Shown here in pieces: positions 62,486-64,000 of a DNA stretch of 64,000 bases. The first letter of the stretch is position 1. Every line of letters begins with the position of its first letter. The stretch spans positions 1 through 64,000 of the forward strand of contig JAWOEX010000022.1 of NCBI GenBank assembly GCA_046482545.1, given 5' to 3'. Position numbers and translations under genes: made by a program. Below the pieces are notes generated by a model. That model was given only the letters and a program-made list of their open reading frames with translations, was not told the origin of the DNA and did no database searches. The stretch comes from Candidatus Thorarchaeota archaeon (lineage in GTDB: Archaea; Asgardarchaeota; Thorarchaeia; Thorarchaeales; Thorarchaeaceae).

Positions 62486-62552
62486 ATTACTTCGTGACCT
62501 ACTGGTAGATATCCGGCGACTTTAAAGCAGATATGAAGTATTCCAAAATGAG

Positions 62553-63656
62553 TTGATTGCATTGAGACCTCCTTGCTACCTGTGTGGAAAACCTGCAGTT
62601 GTTGAGGGGTTATGTACGGAGTGCTACAATGAAGAGCACCCGCTTATCAGGGTAGACACCCCTCTTCGAATGCTCATCTGTGACAGGTGTGGCGCTGTTA
62701 AGATGCAGGGTCGTTGGAAACAAATCACAGAGCGCATCTCGAGTCCTGAGGAGCTCATTGCTATCCAACTAGAAATCCTTCTTGACAAGGAAGTAGAAAT
62801 GGTAGCCGAAGATGTGACCTATTCAGTGATACAGAAGAAGAGGCTGGATCGAGTTGTGTATATCGATATTATAGCTCACGGGTGTTCACATCCTGAACTC
62901 ACTCCCCACACAGAAACGCATGAGGTCGAAGTTCGACTTGATTATGGGACATGTGACAGTTGTGGAATGATGAGGGGTGGTTATCATGAGGCAATACTAC
63001 AAATCCGCGCAGACGATCGAAAGCTAACTAAAGCTGAGGAAGATGAGATTCTCGAGACTGCGACAGACCTCACAATTGGGGAGTATGGCAAAGATAGTAT
63101 GGCATACATAACCGAAATCAGGCGAACCAAATATGGCATTGATATCAAGATTGGTTCAGAACATCTTTGTCGGATGATATCCGATGATTTGGAATCACGC
63201 TATTTGGCTGATCGCAAGCAGACGTACAAACTGATTGGTCAGGAATCTGATGGCAAGGAGAAGTACCGAACAACCATACTACTGAGATTACCACACTTCA
63301 AGGAGGGCGATTTTGTAGAGGTTGCTGGTACTCCCTGTCAAGTTCGTGCTATGGGAAAAGGGGGTCTCGTTTGTTATGATTTTGTAGACGGTAGTGAGTT
63401 CACGGTATCACCACGTAGCAACAAATGGCAAGAAATTGAATTCCTAGCGTCAGAATCTAAAAAACAAGAGTATATGGTTATCTCCAAGGCTTATGGAGAG
63501 CCCATTCAACTGATGAATTCAGGAACCTACAAGGTGGAAAATCTGCCCGAGAGCTCTTTGACTTCTAATCTGGAGAATGGGGACAAGATAATGGCTGTCA
63601 AGCTACAGGGTAAGCTCTTTTATATTCCCTCTCCAGCTGCCTGTTCTGTAAAATAA
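62553..63656 (+). CDS. nmd3: NMD3-like ribosome maturation protein
   Basis: C..CG, LC.EC, C..CG, C..C..GGY.EAILQIR, KL.G...DGK..YR.T..LRLP. Confidence 0.9.
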   Translation: MIALRPPCYLCGKPAVVEGLCTECYNEEHPLIRVDTPLRMLICDRCGAVKMQGRWKQITERISSPEELIAIQLEILLDKEVEMVAEDVTYSVIQKKRLDRVVYIDIIAHGCSHPELTPHTETHEVEVRLDYGTCDSCGMMRGGYHEAILQIRADDRKLTKAEEDEILETATDLTIGEYGKDSMAYITEIRRTKYGIDIKIGSEHLCRMISDDLESRYLADRKQTYKLIGQESDGKEKYRTTILLRLPHFKEGDFVEVAGTPCQVRAMGKGGLVCYDFVDGSEFTVSPRSNKWQEIEFLASESKKQEYMVISKAYGEPIQLMNSGTYKVENLPESSLTSNLENGDKIMAVKLQGKLFYIPSPAACSVK

Positions 63657-63903
63657 ATCAAATCTCAAGCGAGTTTTGTTGGAGAAAGTGTGCAAATCTC
63701 AACATAAGACCACCAATACCACCTTATCTTATCACTAGTGGCAATGTTTCTGAGATGATTATATGGCTTATTTTATAGAGCCTGAGATGCCAGACCGTGA
63801 ATGTTGGGCTCATTCTCTTGGAGATGTCGTTAGCCTTAAATGTCCTCTACAGAAGCTCCTTGCAAGGTCAAATAGTGTTCTAGATGGCCTTGGAGATGTC
63901 GTT

Positions 63904-64000
63904 TTGGCCCGCGGAAAAAAATCAAATGATGACGAGCAACCGATGCGTGTCCGTGTTCCCGACAGTGATGAAGGCGAGCAATTTGGAATAATAGTTCAGA
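63904..64000 (+). CDS. eif1a: Translation initiation factor aIF-1A, N-terminal part (runs off window)
   Basis: TTG start after GGAG; reads MARGKKSNDDEQPMRVRVPDSDEGEQFGIIVQ. Confidence 0.8.
   Translation, partial: MARGKKSNDDEQPMRVRVPDSDEGEQFGIIVQ

Overview
Chromosomal window from an archaeon, most likely Asgard and Thorarchaeia-like. That call is an inference from four Roadblock/LC7 proteins, an MglA-type GTPase, a PCI-like winged-helix protein, RPL35Ae, and SMC-ScpAB among archaeal information-processing genes. Positions 1.1-15.7 kb hold one large redox cluster: two-subunit fumarate hydratase, HdrA-MvhDGA-maturation protease-HdrCB, an SdhB/SdhA-like pair and thiol:fumarate reductase TfrAB. 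The rest is mostly housekeeping genes. The main unexplained signal is a dispersed, highly structured ~420-460 bp element present at least six times: near-full copies at 17874-18295 (+), 25620-26079 (+) and 59094-59551 (-); 3' ends only at 1-67 (+), 15729-15792 (-) and 62437-62485 (-). The copies show compensatory base changes, share a fixed 3' hairpin ending in GGTTA(T), and carry a decayed reading frame that I interpret as a TnpB C-terminal tail. They are therefore candidate orphan, unusually large omega-RNA (guide RNA) cassettes, and no nuclease or transposase gene lies in the window. Other items worth checking are two further candidate structured RNAs (50279-50436 and 57935-58170), two genes that need non-canonical start codons, and several Asgard-type proteins. 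No tRNA, rRNA or CRISPR array was recognised.
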